DNA of 64,000 bases from Hormiphora californensis. Taxonomy: Eukaryota > Animalia > Ctenophora. Made by a program: the position numbers and the translations under genes. Positions 27,018-52,175 of this stretch are shown here, one piece after another. The stretch is from NCBI GenBank assembly GCA_020137815.1, contig CM035360.1, forward strand, positions 5,890,001-5,954,000, in the 5' to 3' direction. Positions within the stretch are counted from its first letter, which is position 1. Each line of letters opens with the position of its first letter. Under the pieces are notes generated by a model, which saw nothing but the letters and a program-made list of their open reading frames with translations, made no database searches and had not been told where the DNA came from.

Positions 27018-27749
27018 ACTCGCTCAATCTTTATCTCGTTCACTCAGTTTGTTTCCAAAATCATCTAATAAAATTAGATGACTGCTTTTACATGCTCTAT
27101 TACACAACAATAATGTTAAAGATTCTTTCACTTTTAGGCCTCGCAGGCTCGGCCCAAAAGTACAACTACAGAGCTCGCAGGCTCGCTCAGTAGTTACACT
27201 TAGCGTGCCTCGCAGGCTCGGCAGCTAAGTAAAAGGATCTACCTCGACCTGTCGGTCTCGGTTCATTATTGTTGTATTTAGAACACTCGGCCTTCGGCCT
27301 CGTGCACTAAAAAGTAATAGACCATTTTAACCAGTCATCTAATCATATAATATCCTCTCTCTCTCCCAGAAAGCAGCTCTTGACGTATCGGTAGGGAGTG
27401 TTAGCTTTCTGGACACAACAACAGATGAGATAGATTCTCAGTGTAGCACAGTCGAGAGCCTGACCTCAGAGTGTTGGCTGAATGAAAAACTAGCCGTCCT
27501 TGAGGTACTAAAATATGAATAGAATAATACCTTGAGGTGCTAAAATTCCACAAATACACCTTGATGTACATAATACCACAATAGAATGGATGGTGAATCA
27601 GTTGCCCTGTTTGACCCTAAAGGAGGGTTACGACAAGTGAGTCAGATGCCAATTAGATTTATTCATCCCAGGAACGGTATAACTCTGCATGTGAGAACTG
27701 CATCTGTGGAGCTTGTGAAAAATTTACAGACAATTCGTTGAACACAAAG
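25226..27749 (+). CDS. Coiled-coil protein with a CC1 box (CDR2/BICDR/HAP1-type dynein-adaptor-like); exons 25226-25465, 25700-25839, 25985-26131, 26229-26364, 27370-27504, 27672-27749; last exon uncertain (candidate from 28106)
   Basis: ELQLAAKLGKELLSENERL (AAxxG CC1 box), followed by heptad-rich sequence aligning with the CDR2 N-terminus. Six consecutive exons are phase-consistent. Confidence 0.75.
26498..27351. mobile_element. Hairpin-rich non-autonomous element, possibly Crypton-like, in an intron
   Basis: ATTAGATGACTG/CAGTCATCTAAT inverted ends at about 27073-27343; repeated CTCGCAGGCTCG hairpins and CACTCGGCCTTCGGCCTCGTG. Left boundary uncertain. Confidence 0.45.
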
Positions 27750-27770
27750 GTATTTAATATTATCCTGTCA

Positions 27771-27820
<50 letters not shown>

Positions 27821-28794
27821 ATATTGTTCCCTCCGTCCTACATGCAGGCCCCATTACATATAATATTCGTTACACAATGTAACTTACATTGTATATCAAT
27901 ATGGTAACGTAACTATCCACTCGTAGGAGTATAACATAAAAGCACCCGGTCGGCGCCCCCCCCCCCCCCCTGTAATAGGGTATAAAATGTCCTGCGTGTC
28001 CTTACAGTGTCCTCTGTTGTTATACAAAAGGAACAGAAATTTACTACTGCTTGGTACACATTTTACAGTTTTATTGGTACATTTGATTTGTATTATCTTC
28101 AACAGATCATACTTTATTGGCAGACAAAGACTGTGTGTTGGTAGATCACCACGCCTGTTGTATTTGGTGGTGACGGGGGGGGGGGGTGATGGGTACTGTG
28201 TGCCATTATCCCATCTAGAGAGAGAGAGAGAGAGAGAGAGTTAAATCCATTAGATCTTAAACCAATCTGCTATAAAACTGATACTATTCTGTCCTTGAAA
28301 AGGGACCTACAATATATTGTGTGGGTTGACGCAAGTCGCAATAGTTCGATTTGGGGTTTCCTAACCTGACCTCAGAAGAAGATTGGCGGGTTCACTAACC
28401 CCCTGTATAACATGTGTAATATATATGTGATTTACTTGGCTCGTGTAAAGATCTCAAGATATATCCCACTTTGCGGAACAAGTTTTCACACTGTAGGCAA
28501 AGTCTGTGTGTAGGTTTGTGTGTTCGTAAGGGTGGGCATTTGAAATTGGGGGTCCGTTTTGAGCAAATTGGGGTTTCTGATCGCACAGTAATTAGTGAAT
28601 TGGGGTTTAATTATGTTCCCAGAATAACTGCAGATATGTTGGTTTGTCTGTTTGTTTGTTTTGTTTGTCACTAAACCATGGGATACGCTCAGCAAACCTC
28701 CATACCAACCCGGGTATGTGGTAACTATGGCGCTGAGTCCCTTTCTCTCCCCTGGGAGAGAAAGAGACTCATGGTTTAAATTTCTGGTACATTC

Positions 28795-28958
28795 GAGAGG
28801 ATCTTGGTCCGTTAGGTAACGTTTTGCCTTTGAGGGGGTCTTGGTCGGGTAGGTAACATTTTGCCTTTGAGAGGGTCTTGGTCTTGAAAATAGGTAACGT
28901 TTTGCCTTTGAGAGGGTCTTGGTCGGGTAGGTAACGTTTTGCCTTTGAGAGGGTCTTT
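28795..28958. repeat. Minisatellite, about 37-bp unit, about 4.5 copies
   Basis: Unit GAGAGGGTCTTGGTCGGGTAGGTAACGTTTTGCCTTT. Confidence 0.9.
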
Positions 28959-29424
28959 GTCTGGTTTGATGTTTATCGTATTTGTTGGTCTGTCTGGGGC
29001 ACACTCTCAAGCTATGTCTTGTCTTACTCTTAATTATTGAATAGTCAATTACATTCACAATATCAACTGTACACAATAAATGAACAAACAATACGGACAG
29101 GTGAACTTACGACCTTGATGAATGATTAGTACCGTGATGTAGTTGGTGATGAGATGAGAGGTGTAAACATTTCCAGTGGTGACAAAGAACGAAAACGATC
29201 AAACACAAACAATGGGTTGGGCAGATTGTAGCACCACTAGAGTGTAAAATGTTCTAGAAGACGATTCGGATGAGATAGATAATAACATTTGTTAGTTGTT
29301 ACACGCGATAAGCGACTTAGTGCACCAAAACACAAGGATTGTCTCTGTAGTGTGGTGTTTTGCAATGTCCGCTATATTGGGAGAGGTGGGTGGGGGAGGG
29401 CGGGTGGGGGTGGGGCGGGGGGTA

Positions 29425-30082
29425 ATATTGGACAAAAATGTTGCTGTAATTTAGTAATGAGACCAGGCCAGGCCCGAGAGACAGTTCAGTGGTAACTGGG
29501 GGGTCATGTGTGATGGAAATGAGAACTAGAGGCAGATTTAAGTTGCATTTTATTGAGGAAAATAGCCCTTTTTGGTGTCTGAGACAAGCAAAAGTGAAAC
29601 GAAATGCAACGTGACGAACGAGTAATGAATAGAATTCTGCTATGTGACTTGTTAGTGCTCCTTTATCAAACACGCAATGGCAAAGTACAAAGTTTCCCAA
29701 ATTTAATTAAATGCGAAATTCTAAAGTTTTGGTCGATTTTGGCCAAAATTGCTGCCCTAAACTAACTATTGGACTGTGCGTTGCCGGGGAGACTGCTCGC
29801 TGGTGACTGAGAGATCATATGTTCTCGAATATTGGTATTTGAGGCGGATTTAAGTTGCATTTTAGTGTGGGGAAGAGCTCATATTGGACAAAAATGTTGC
29901 TGTAATTTAGTAATGAGACCAGGCCAGGCCCGAGAGACAGTTCAGTGGTAACTGGGGGGTCATGTGTGATGGAAATGAGAACTAGAGGCAGATTTAAGTT
30001 GCATTTTATTGAGGAAAATAGCCCTTTTTGGTGTCTGAGACAAGCAAAAGTGAAACGAAATGCAACGTGACGAACGAGTAAT
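29425..30082. repeat. 202-bp direct duplication (29425-29626 and 29881-30082)
   Basis: The two copies read as identical. Explains the duplicated ORF text in 29317..29700 and 29815..30129. Confidence 0.9.
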
Positions 30083-30132
30083 CCTGTCTGTAACCTAATG
30101 TAATTCGAATTACTGCAGCTCCCTAGCAATAA

Positions 30133-30436
30133 TCTATATTATAATTTGGAGATGAACGACGTCGTGATGGCCGTTCGTTCAGCGGTATCTAAGCGACTGC
30201 TCCTTCATAAAACACTTTATAGGCACAAAGCTGTAAAGCTGTTGCTCACACTTTTGGAACTTCCAGTGGAAGTTTGTTAATACTTTCGAATGACTTTTAA
30301 TAAGCCAGTCCCCATAGTTACCAATTCAGTTGCCATGGCAACGGTTTTACTGACGTTGAAAGTGAAAGAAACGCCCGGCGAAGACGGGTGGGTTATCAAA
30401 AACCCTTCCTTGAGGCGCACCCAGTGGGTGCGCTAG
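30133..30436 (+). mobile_element. Non-autonomous Helitron
   Basis: A|TCTATATTATAA...GCGCACCCAGTGGGTGCG-CTAG|T: TC start, 3' hairpin, CTAG end, AT target. Confidence 0.85.
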
Positions 30437-30829
30437 TAACATATATTTATTAGGTGAGTGTACCCTGTAACTAGATCAGCCTTAATGATCTGCACTCAAC
30501 TACATCTACAGATCCACTCTTCTCAACCCCCCGGCCCCCCCCCCCTCTACTGCAGTCTACTTACCTCTCTACTTACCTTGTAATACTGTGACACTGTGTG
30601 TGTACACATGCGATGTTTCAGATCTGTTCTATATCTGAAATTTATTGGCTATGTTCTATCTGAAATCTATCTGATACAGAGAGTGACAGGACCCCCTGAG
30701 TTTAGTTAATTAATAAGCAGCACGCTCTGAATACAGTCTGGTATAGATCTGTTCCAATATGTTCCACATCATGAACACGCAATCAAATCCAGTATACTGA
30801 TCACGTGACTAGCTCCATGTGTATCTGAT

Positions 30830-30895
30830 TTGCCAAGCTAGACTGTGCGCCCCGCCTTCCTTTACAAATGTAAAGGGAGGGTTAGAACATAACAA
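30830..30895 (+). mobile_element. Short TTG...CAA element (core CCTTTACAAATGTAAAGGGAGGGTTAGAACATAACAA) with 9-bp TSD
   Basis: GTATCTGAT on both sides. Other copies at 53532-53583 (TSD CTTACAGT), 56650-56718 (minus), and about 15078, 23300 and 37150. Confidence 0.75.
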
Positions 30896-31789
30896 GTATC
30901 TGATATATTAGAAACTGTATACAGGGGTCGGATTAGAAACAGGGACTGTGATTGTGATCCCTCCCCTGACCCGTGTATAACACAGCTCTCACAAGGCCAC
31001 AGGGGTAGAACGAGTCTAAAGCGTTCGGGGCGAACTAGAACAATTTAATGTCTACCAGCTACATCTTTATCTGTCTCCGACCCTATTTGCCTGTCTCCCT
31101 GTCTGAGTTTGTCTGTTTGTTTTTCTGTCTGTGTGTGTTTCCCTGTTTAATGTTGTTTGTACTTCCGCTCCTTACTAAGAAGAAGAAGACCTAGTTTACC
31201 AAGTATGCAGCTAACTTGGTTTGCTTGATCTACTACAGCAGCAGTGTAGATAGTAGACACACCCAATGCTATTTAGAAACCTAGCAGTTGTCTTGTTTTT
31301 CTACTCACGGGAAGAAGTACCCCGTGTAGAAGAAAATAAGCTAGGTTTCTGTTATAAGCAATTCACTTATAACACACTGACATTGGGCATATATAATCGA
31401 TTGTGTGTGTGGGAGAGTTTTCAATGACATTCAATACCTACTCACACTGTGTACACACACTCTCTCTCTCTCCCTCTCTCTCTTTCCACACAACAAGCAT
31501 AGTTGATGTAACCTTGAGATTGGCCAATTTAACCCTTTCAAGTTTCCCATATAACATGGTTTCCCATTTCTCGTTTCATAAGATGCGTGTCGTGAGTGGT
31601 TTCGTATTTCCGTGTGTGTCACCAGTTCCGTGCTACATTTTATGTTGTGTGGACACCGGCTTATATTATACCTTCTATCGTATGCAGCATGGACTGCAGG
31701 ATGAAGTGGTAGTATGAGTAGCGGGGCGGCGGGGTATGAAGTGATTTACTTACTAGGCACGCTCCCCCTCTTGCTGCATGCTTAACCTA

Positions 31790-33480
31790 AAAAACCCAAA
31801 GGGGGGGAACCCCGGGCTGTTTTTTTTGTTTCCAGTTTTTTTTTTTACTGTTCAAAAAAAACCCTTTTCCTTTCCCTTTTTGCTGGTTTGGGGTGGGTGT
31901 TTTTATTTGTGGGCCCAAATTTTTTGGTTTTAGGGGGGTATTTAGGGAAGGATTTTATTTTCCCCGTTTGCAGTAACGGGGGTTTTTAAAGCGCCAAATT
32001 CCCCCTTGTTTTAAAAACCGGTTGTTTTTTTTATGGGGGGGTAAAAAGGTGGGAAATTACCCCGGGGGGAAAAAAAAAGTGCCGAGGTTTTCCCAAAGAT
32101 TTGGTTTTTCATTACGGGTTGTGGAGGTTTGGGGAACCCCTAATTTCCCCTACCAAATGGGGCTTCCTTTTTCCCCTTTCTATTTACCAGCTTTTTTTGG
32201 GTTTATTTAACCCCCTTGGAGGAAATTTACCCTTTTCTTTCCCTTTTAAAAACCGGTTTTAATCTATTTATTGGGGTCGGGGAGGAAGGGGAAATTTCCG
32301 CCCGGAAGGGTGTTTTTTTTTGTTTTTTTTACCGGGTTTTGGGGAAAAAGTGGGAAAAAAATTTTTTGTGGGGAAATTCGGATCAAAAGGGACCGGGGGG
32401 TGGGGGAAAAAAAGGGCTAATTTAAATTTGGGGTAGGGAAGGGGAATGGAGTCGGGTTAAGTGGTGGGAGGTTTTGGGCGGGGGGGGCGGGGGGTATGAA
32501 GTTTGTTTACACTAGGCACGTCCCCGGGGTTTGAATGCTTCCCCCCAAAAGGTGGGGGGGGGTGCGAAAGGAAAAGAGGGGGGGGAGGGGAAAAGGAAAG
32601 AGGAGGGGGAAGAGAGAGAGAGAGAGAGAAGAGAGAGAGAAGAGGAGGGGGAAGAGAGAGAGGGGGAGAGAGAGAGGAAAAAGGAGGAGAGAGGGAGGAG
32701 GAGAAAGGAGGGAAAGAGAAAAAGGGAAGAAGAGGGAGAGAGGAGAGGGAAAAGAGAGAGGGAGGAGGGAGAGGAGGGGAAAGAGAGAGAGAAAAAGGGG
32801 GAGGGGAGAGGAGAGAGGGCGAGAGACGGAGAGCGGGAGGGAGGAGGGGAGGAGAGAGAGAAGAGAGAGAAGTCTCCCCCTTCTCTCTCTCTCCTTCCTC
32901 CCCCCTTCCCTTTTAAACCCAACTCCTTAGGAAAACCCCATTAGCTGGACAAGTTCCCGGGAAATTTTTGCCCAACTTTTTGATGCACACACGGTGCTCC
33001 CCAAAAAACACCCCACACTCCGTACCCCCTGCGGGCCCAAAAAAGCCCCCTCCAAGATCCCAACACCTCCAAATTTTCCACACCCCAAAGTGAAGGAATC
33101 AGACATTAACTACAAATTTGGTTTTTAAAATGAATTAAAAAGGGGTTTAAAAGGGGAAATGTGTGCGTTTTTTTCCTTTGTTTCACCAGTTGATTTATAA
33201 AAGGTGTTTGTGTGAAAAGGTTGTTTTACCGTTTTTCATTTTTTCACTTTAATCTTGTTTCCCTTTGAAAAATGTTTTGAAAGTGACTCTTTTCCAATAT
33301 TTGGGCTTCTCTTCCCATATTCGACCTCTAAAACCTTGAAGGTTTTAGCCCCCTACCCCCATTTTTCATTCCCCCTATTCATCATGTCTAGGAGAGCATA
33401 AAGGGAAAAGAAAGGAAAAAGTGCATGTTTGGTCCCCCAAAGAAGAATGATTTTCAGGTAAGACACATCCTGGGGGGGCC
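31790..33480. other. Probable unpolished or low-accuracy assembly segment
   Basis: Abrupt excess of homopolymer runs. 32460-32525 is a garbled copy of 31705-31770. Confidence 0.7.
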
Positions 33481-34078
33481 CGCGTGTCAAAATTTTTGTA
33501 ATTAAAACGGGTCATTGTGTTAAGCGCGGGATCGATTCAGCAGTGCGCGCGATCAATTAAATTTGTCCACATGGGAGAGAAAGCTCTGACAAGGAATCAC
33601 GGGAAATCTGCCGTGGTTGTGCAGTTGTACTGTACAACTGTAACAGGCGAGGAACGGGGCTATGTTATTGGAAATAAGAAGAATCTTTTTTGAAACCCCT
33701 ACCTTTCGTAAACTCATGTTTACCCTTTGAGACATAAATAACTGACTTGTGGGAAGTTTTTTTCCGAAAAGTGCCTTTATCGCTTTTATAGAAAGGATGA
33801 CGTCTAATGGCAACCCAAGGTGCTACACTGTTATCTAGTCAGAATTGGTAGGGATAGCTACGCCATGTAGTGACGCTATAATAGTCTATATCTGGTTCTC
33901 GATACTATATGATAACTGCTGATTCAATCATAACTACCTGTGTAGTGGGTAGTATAAGATTGGAAGTTCGTCTTTTCAACATTAAAAGTAAAATAAACTT
34001 GATTTCCAATGTTAAAACAGCAATTACATAATAACAGCATTATAGTTCTGATACAGAAAATACAAGTTCTACCATATT

Positions 34079-34146
34079 CTGTCAGGCCAATGCTCTGACC
34101 ACAGTTCTCGCGCGAGCGAGAATGGGTCAGGCCAATGCTCTGACAG
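34079..34146 (-). mobile_element. Micro-transposon, two-box form
   Basis: TSD ACCATATT on both sides. Confidence 0.85.
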
Positions 34147-34578
34147 ACCATATTCACTCAGATGTATAGCGGGGTTCCTGTACAGGGTAGTACACACATA
34201 ACAATTAACAGGGGCTCAATAAGAGTGCTGAGTGGTTTACTGCACCCTCCCGATTATTCAATGGGATTTACATATCAAAAGATTTGTATATCATAATCAT
34301 CCATATTCCCCTCTTTAGAGGTCACTCCTATCTCTACAAATATTTGTAGTGTATCCTTTAAAAATTGTACTATTTTAATGGTATTAAAAACGAATAAGTG
34401 GGCGAATAAATCTTCGTGTGAAGTAGCTTTCTTGATATAGTTATAGAGCAATGAGTTAGAGAGATCAGAGATACGAAGAGACAGATTTATAATCGAAAAG
34501 TTAAGTCGGTTGATTGATTTGAGGCGTCCAGAATGCGTTTATAATATGTCAGCCACTAAATGATCGAGATATGCTCTT

Positions 34579-46590
<12,012 letters not shown>

Positions 46591-47153
46591 GTCACTAACA
46601 TAGAGTTAAAAGATTAGTTATGACGAAGCAAAGACGATGGACGATGAACGAATCAAACGGGTACCTAGATGTTTAAATTGACTAAAAGCATTCTATTATG
46701 AGGAGTCTAGTGCATACACGTGATACGTACAATAAAAAGTCTCAAGACGACCCTCAGTCCTCATGGTACTGCCTCCCCCTATAATAATTTGTTACTCAAC
46801 AAATAATAATTACCCTTCCTTGGTAGCAGGCAACCTTGCCGGCGTGCGTGTAACCAAGACCCTTCCCAATCTGCTATACATACCAACTGATCAAGGAAAC
46901 CGCTTGATACTAAAAGATGACAATTAATTTTGCAAAGCAATGAGATTGATAACCTGTAAATATGGTTTCATCAATCTGTTATTTACTAAGGAAGCTGTAT
47001 ATCGATTAATGATTATGTAACACTTGTTAGCAAATTGAAATACTAGCAAATAATTCAAAGTTCAAAGATAAAGTGTTAAGCTTTCATTTCAAAGATGATA
47101 AGTTATACAGCCATTCATAATTTATAAGCTTAAGTAACGCGTGATATATGTAA

Positions 47154-47317
47154 CTAGCGCACCCACGAAAATATAAATTAACTTCTACTGGAAGTTCCAA
47201 AAGTGTGAGCAACAGCTTTACAGCTTTGGGCACATTGCATGTTTTATGAAGGAGCACTGTCGCTTAGATACCGCTGAACGAACGGCCACGACGTTCATCT
47301 CCAAATTATAATAGAGA
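47154..47317 (-). mobile_element. Internally deleted copy of the non-autonomous Helitron
   Basis: Reverse complement of the 5' half of 30133-30436 joined to ...GGGTGCGCTAG. Confidence 0.8.
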
Positions 47318-47568
47318 TGTAATTCTAAATATGCCGACATGATGACATGCTCTCTCCGACTCATTTAATGGTTGACTCATTTAGGTTGTCATGAAGGGGT
47401 GAGAGGTAGATAAAAACTAAACAACATTTTCCATATAACTACGTCGCTTCCTTATCTCAAGTCTCCTATACCACTTAACTTTTTTCTGTCGCATGGCCAT
47501 GTTTATATCTCATCGCTGTCGCTGTCTCTCTTTCTCTCTCTCGCTCTATTTCCTTCTCTCGCTCTCTT

Positions 47569-47638
<70 letters not shown>

Positions 47639-47736
47639 GTGCTTATACTGTTTTCCATCTCCTGTTCCCACACACGTGTACCGTTATACTACACACGTGG
47701 GTGATTGAGCTCTACAAGCAACACAAGCTAAACGCT

Positions 47737-47768
<32 letters not shown>

Positions 47769-49129
47769 CACAAACATACACACAAACACATCTAAATCTT
47801 GCCGTACATTTATCATTCCCCTGCAACAGCCTGCAGCAGCGGAGTTGGGTAAATTGAGGTTTGGTTTGTTGAGTAAAGGGGGGTTACTCAACAATGTTTG
47901 ACTGTGTGCTATGTGAAGTAAAATAACACAATGCCTGCAATATAATGACTGTTAGGCCCCATAGTACACGTAGCTGCACCATTACACCACAGTACTCTTT
48001 GCGAATTGCAGTCTAGCTTGGCAAAGTACTCTGTGTAGCTCTACATAATAATATAAAGCTGGCACTTTTCCCTGGAAACTCGAAGCTGCCTTCAACAGCT
48101 GGGATCAGAGCTATATAGAGGGAGAAATCACGCAAAAAAGGCTTTGATCTTTACATACAATGATGGATCGGAGAAGTGTCAGGGAAAACTAGCGTGACGG
48201 GGAGATAGTTCAATAAGTTTTAATAGAGTTTGCCTGTCAGCTTTTTACAGAGTTCCTCAAAATATAGTACAGACTATACAGAGGGAGAAAAGATGTCAAA
48301 TTCGGTATAGCTCCTATAATCATAGTGCATCCTTATATGCATGCAGAGTTCACGCATTACCTCCCGGGGAGGAGGGGTAGTTTGACGTTCAATAAAATTT
48401 AGGGATTTCTTTGACAGCAACTCGTATAAATTAATTGCACCTGGAGTCGGGAACTATGTAGCGGGCGCAAACCTTAAGTTTTGTTAAAATTAAACCAAAC
48501 GACAAAGATTTTTTCCGTAGTGCTCAAGGAAGATGGCGGTTCTCTAAGTCTAGTCGGTAAACATTTAATGCAGTTACTTCGTGGGCACCCAATCTATTTT
48601 AAAAACAATTTTGTTAGGAAGTTAGGAAAGTCAATTCGACAAAATTCATTGAGTCGTACCCAACAATTCGATGCTACAGCTTCATTATAGCATTTGACAA
48701 GGTTGTATAAAAGATTGAATGCATAAGGAGGAAAGATGCCTCTTGGCATATTGGTATATATTGGTATTCAAGCATATTCAAGAAACCCTTTCCTCTCGGT
48801 AGTTGCATCCAGTAAATACCTGTCTGACCTCGACCCCTTCCCATACTAGACAAATACCCAATTAATGATAGAAGGTACTCACTGCTTATGAGATGGTATA
48901 ATAATTACCCTCTTCGCACAAAGAACAGGAAAGTAAAGTGAATACCCAGGGAGTATATCGCGTAACTTTCTCCATCTCTCTCTTTCTCTCTCTTTCTCTC
49001 TCTTTCTCTAGTCCATAGTCTCTCTCTGTATCTTTCTAGTTATCTCTGCCTTAACTCATCATTGACTACATTTGATGAGACTGTAGTCTCCCTTCGGTAA
49101 CGGTGGATGATATTTGGAGTAAAGATAGT

Positions 49130-49212
<83 letters not shown>

Positions 49213-50042
49213 CGAGAGAGGGCGAGAGAGTTGAATTGAAAAGGTCTAAGAGTTGAATTGAAAAGGTCTAGATTGGTTAGAAATAGTAAAAATCCCATGT
49301 GATATTACTAATGACCATCCAACTTTCTGCGACCACAAAGACCAACCGCATGTGTGGGGAATGGAAAATTCAGCTTGGGAAAAGCAACGGTGAGACGAAA
49401 TCTCCTAGAAATCTTATCACGACTGGGGATTAGAGTCTTGAAAGTCATTAAAACGTCAACGAAATTTACGTTTAGTTGCATTCGAGACTCGAATCACCAA
49501 ATATGCGAGACTTCGCACTTGTCTACAGTAAATTATCCTGTCAACCCAAACAGCGAATCAAATACACAACCTGAATGAACTGCCACGATGGAGCTAATTC
49601 TTTAAGCTTGTCACGCTAGTACAATGCGTTTATATCCATTATTCATAAGCAATCTGATCTAAACTTGCAGTGTAATAAAAAGGCATAAGATTATTTATGA
49701 ACATAAAAGCTGTCAAAGTTTAATAACTGCAATTTAGATACTTACTTACCTACTTAGAAGTATAAATATGAATTAGTTGTTGTTTGGAAATGGCATGTAC
49801 TACATAGTTGTTTTGACAATTTGACATGGACGATCTATTTCCGAGGCACACAAATACTCCAGGTATCCCTCTATCTCTCTCCCTCTCTCTGACAATCGGC
49901 CACACTGTGTAGATTGTAGAATACTTAACGTCGGAGGACAAGGAAGTCAAGCGGTGCGTCTCCGAGATTAACGTAATCTGCGTGATAGAGGGAGAAAGAG
50001 AGGGAGAGAGATAGAATTAAAAGGAGGAAAGGAGAGAGAGAG

Positions 50043-50194
<152 letters not shown>

Positions 50195-51072
50195 AGAAGG
50201 AGGAAAGGAGAGAGGGAAGGGAGAGAGATAGGTAAGGGGAGGAAGAGAGAAAGCAAATCGTATATAGAGGTAGATTCTGATGTGAGAGAGGACGTATTAT
50301 AAGAGAGATACGGATTGTCGACATGTGCGTGTTATATCCCCATTATATCACTTAACAGATGATCATTTAAACATACAAGCAAGCATTCACGACAGACTAC
50401 AGTAAATTGAAAAGTAAACTTATTTAACTCAAGATACACTATTTGTTTTGCTGTTACTCAACAAATTTCAAAGAGAAATTTGCACTGTATACTTTAAGAT
50501 AAGTTTCATACTGAATAGTTCACAAAGATAGATCGATTCAACTTCACTACCCAGGCCGCAGACATTCATTCACTTTTCTATAGTAGTTTAGATCGTACCT
50601 ACTATACAGGCTGGAACAGTTCCAAAAAAGTAGAAAAACCAATTTTAAGATGTAAATGCACTGTGTGTACTTCAAGTTAAGTTCCATTATTTTTCATTGA
50701 TCACAAAAGTTAAATAATAAAAGCAAAGCAAGCCCACTTGGATAAATTAAATCTTTCATAAAAAGATAGTAAATACCGCAGACTTTTGTATAGAGTTTCG
50801 AATACTACACAGACTGGAGCAGTTCCAAAGAAAAGTAGAAAAACTAATCTGTTTAATGAACAGTACTGGTAGAGTCTAGCTGTGTCAGTGTATGAGAAGA
50901 CAGCGATTCTACTTGCACTAGCTTGGCCACATTGGCAAAAGAACTGCACGCAGAGCTGTATTACTTTGAGACAATCTTTTCTCATGAATCGATTTAACAA
51001 TACGTCAAAGGAACCGTGGATCACACACACACATGGTCCATAGGGTCCACAAGTCTCATTTGAATAAATTGA

Positions 51073-52175
51073 ATCACTGCGCTGGCAAGCGCAAAGGTTG
51101 CCATTCCCCCTCCCCCAAACAGCAAAGCGCCGCCAGAAACGCAGTTATACGTTTTATGGGTGTTTTGACTGAAAACCCAGATTTCAGAAGGCTATAGCAT
51201 GGCTCCCATTCATCCGTTTGACTTGAAATTTGGAATGTATACCCGGCTCGGGTTCATTAACTTAAGTTCAAAATTTCAAGTCTTTATCTCATCTGGAACT
51301 GAAGTTACAGATAGGTCCCATTTGCCCTAGATTCAGTGTAACACATATGCGCGCGCGCGCACGCGCGCGCGTAGGAGAGACGCTTTTTATAAACCATATT
51401 CACGCCAAACGAAACGAGATAGAAACTTCTCGTTTTCACAGCTGGTAGATCTACTGGATGTGTGTGCATTAGTCGATGTGAGGTCCCTTTTCATCGCCAG
51501 GAACGTCCTACAGAACGTCTTAAAGTCGTCATTTTTCAGACTCTGACTAAAATTCTTTGAGCTCATTTTACACCCTGAAGACGGATTCTAATCGAAAATC
51601 GAAGACTATATCATGGAAAGAGAATTGTCTGAACTTTCAGAAACTATATCGCGAATTTTCAAAACTAGACGTATAAGGGTCTTAAAACGCGTCTAAAGTG
51701 TTATGACTGTTTAAAAATAGATATGACGATATGGGTTTTTTCGCCATAGCAGACTCAAATCTCATCCAATCGATCTCAAACTTGGTCAGTATCTTCATCT
51801 AGGTAATCCCGATGATATGACGTCATCATTATGACGTCATAACGACGTGACGTCATTTTATGACGTCAAAATGACGTCAAAAATGAAAATTTTGCAAATT
51901 CGCGATTCCATCCTCTCCTTACCTGTTCTACTACATCTAAATGGATAAAAAATTCCAAAAATGATGCAAATTATACCAAAACTAATTGAAATTAGTAGGC
52001 CGGAAAGGTTGCCCTATGATTTGAGCTACCTTTGGCACCAGTACATTCCCTTTTGAAGATAGAAGAAGCATCGGTTATACCCTGACTGTACCCCGTGAAT
52101 GTTACGGTGGCAAAGGTAGCTCAAATCATAGGGCAACCTTTCCGGCCTACTAATTTCAATTAGTTTTGGTATAAT
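51073..52175 (-). mobile_element. Helentron/DINE-1-like non-autonomous element of about 1.1 kb, copy 1
   Basis: One end is a 65-bp inverted repeat (51970-52034/52111-52175) containing AAAGGTTGCC. The other end has the matching subterminal repeat plus the short hairpin GCGCTGGCAAGCGC. An inverted homologous copy lies at 60107-61208. Confidence 0.7.
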
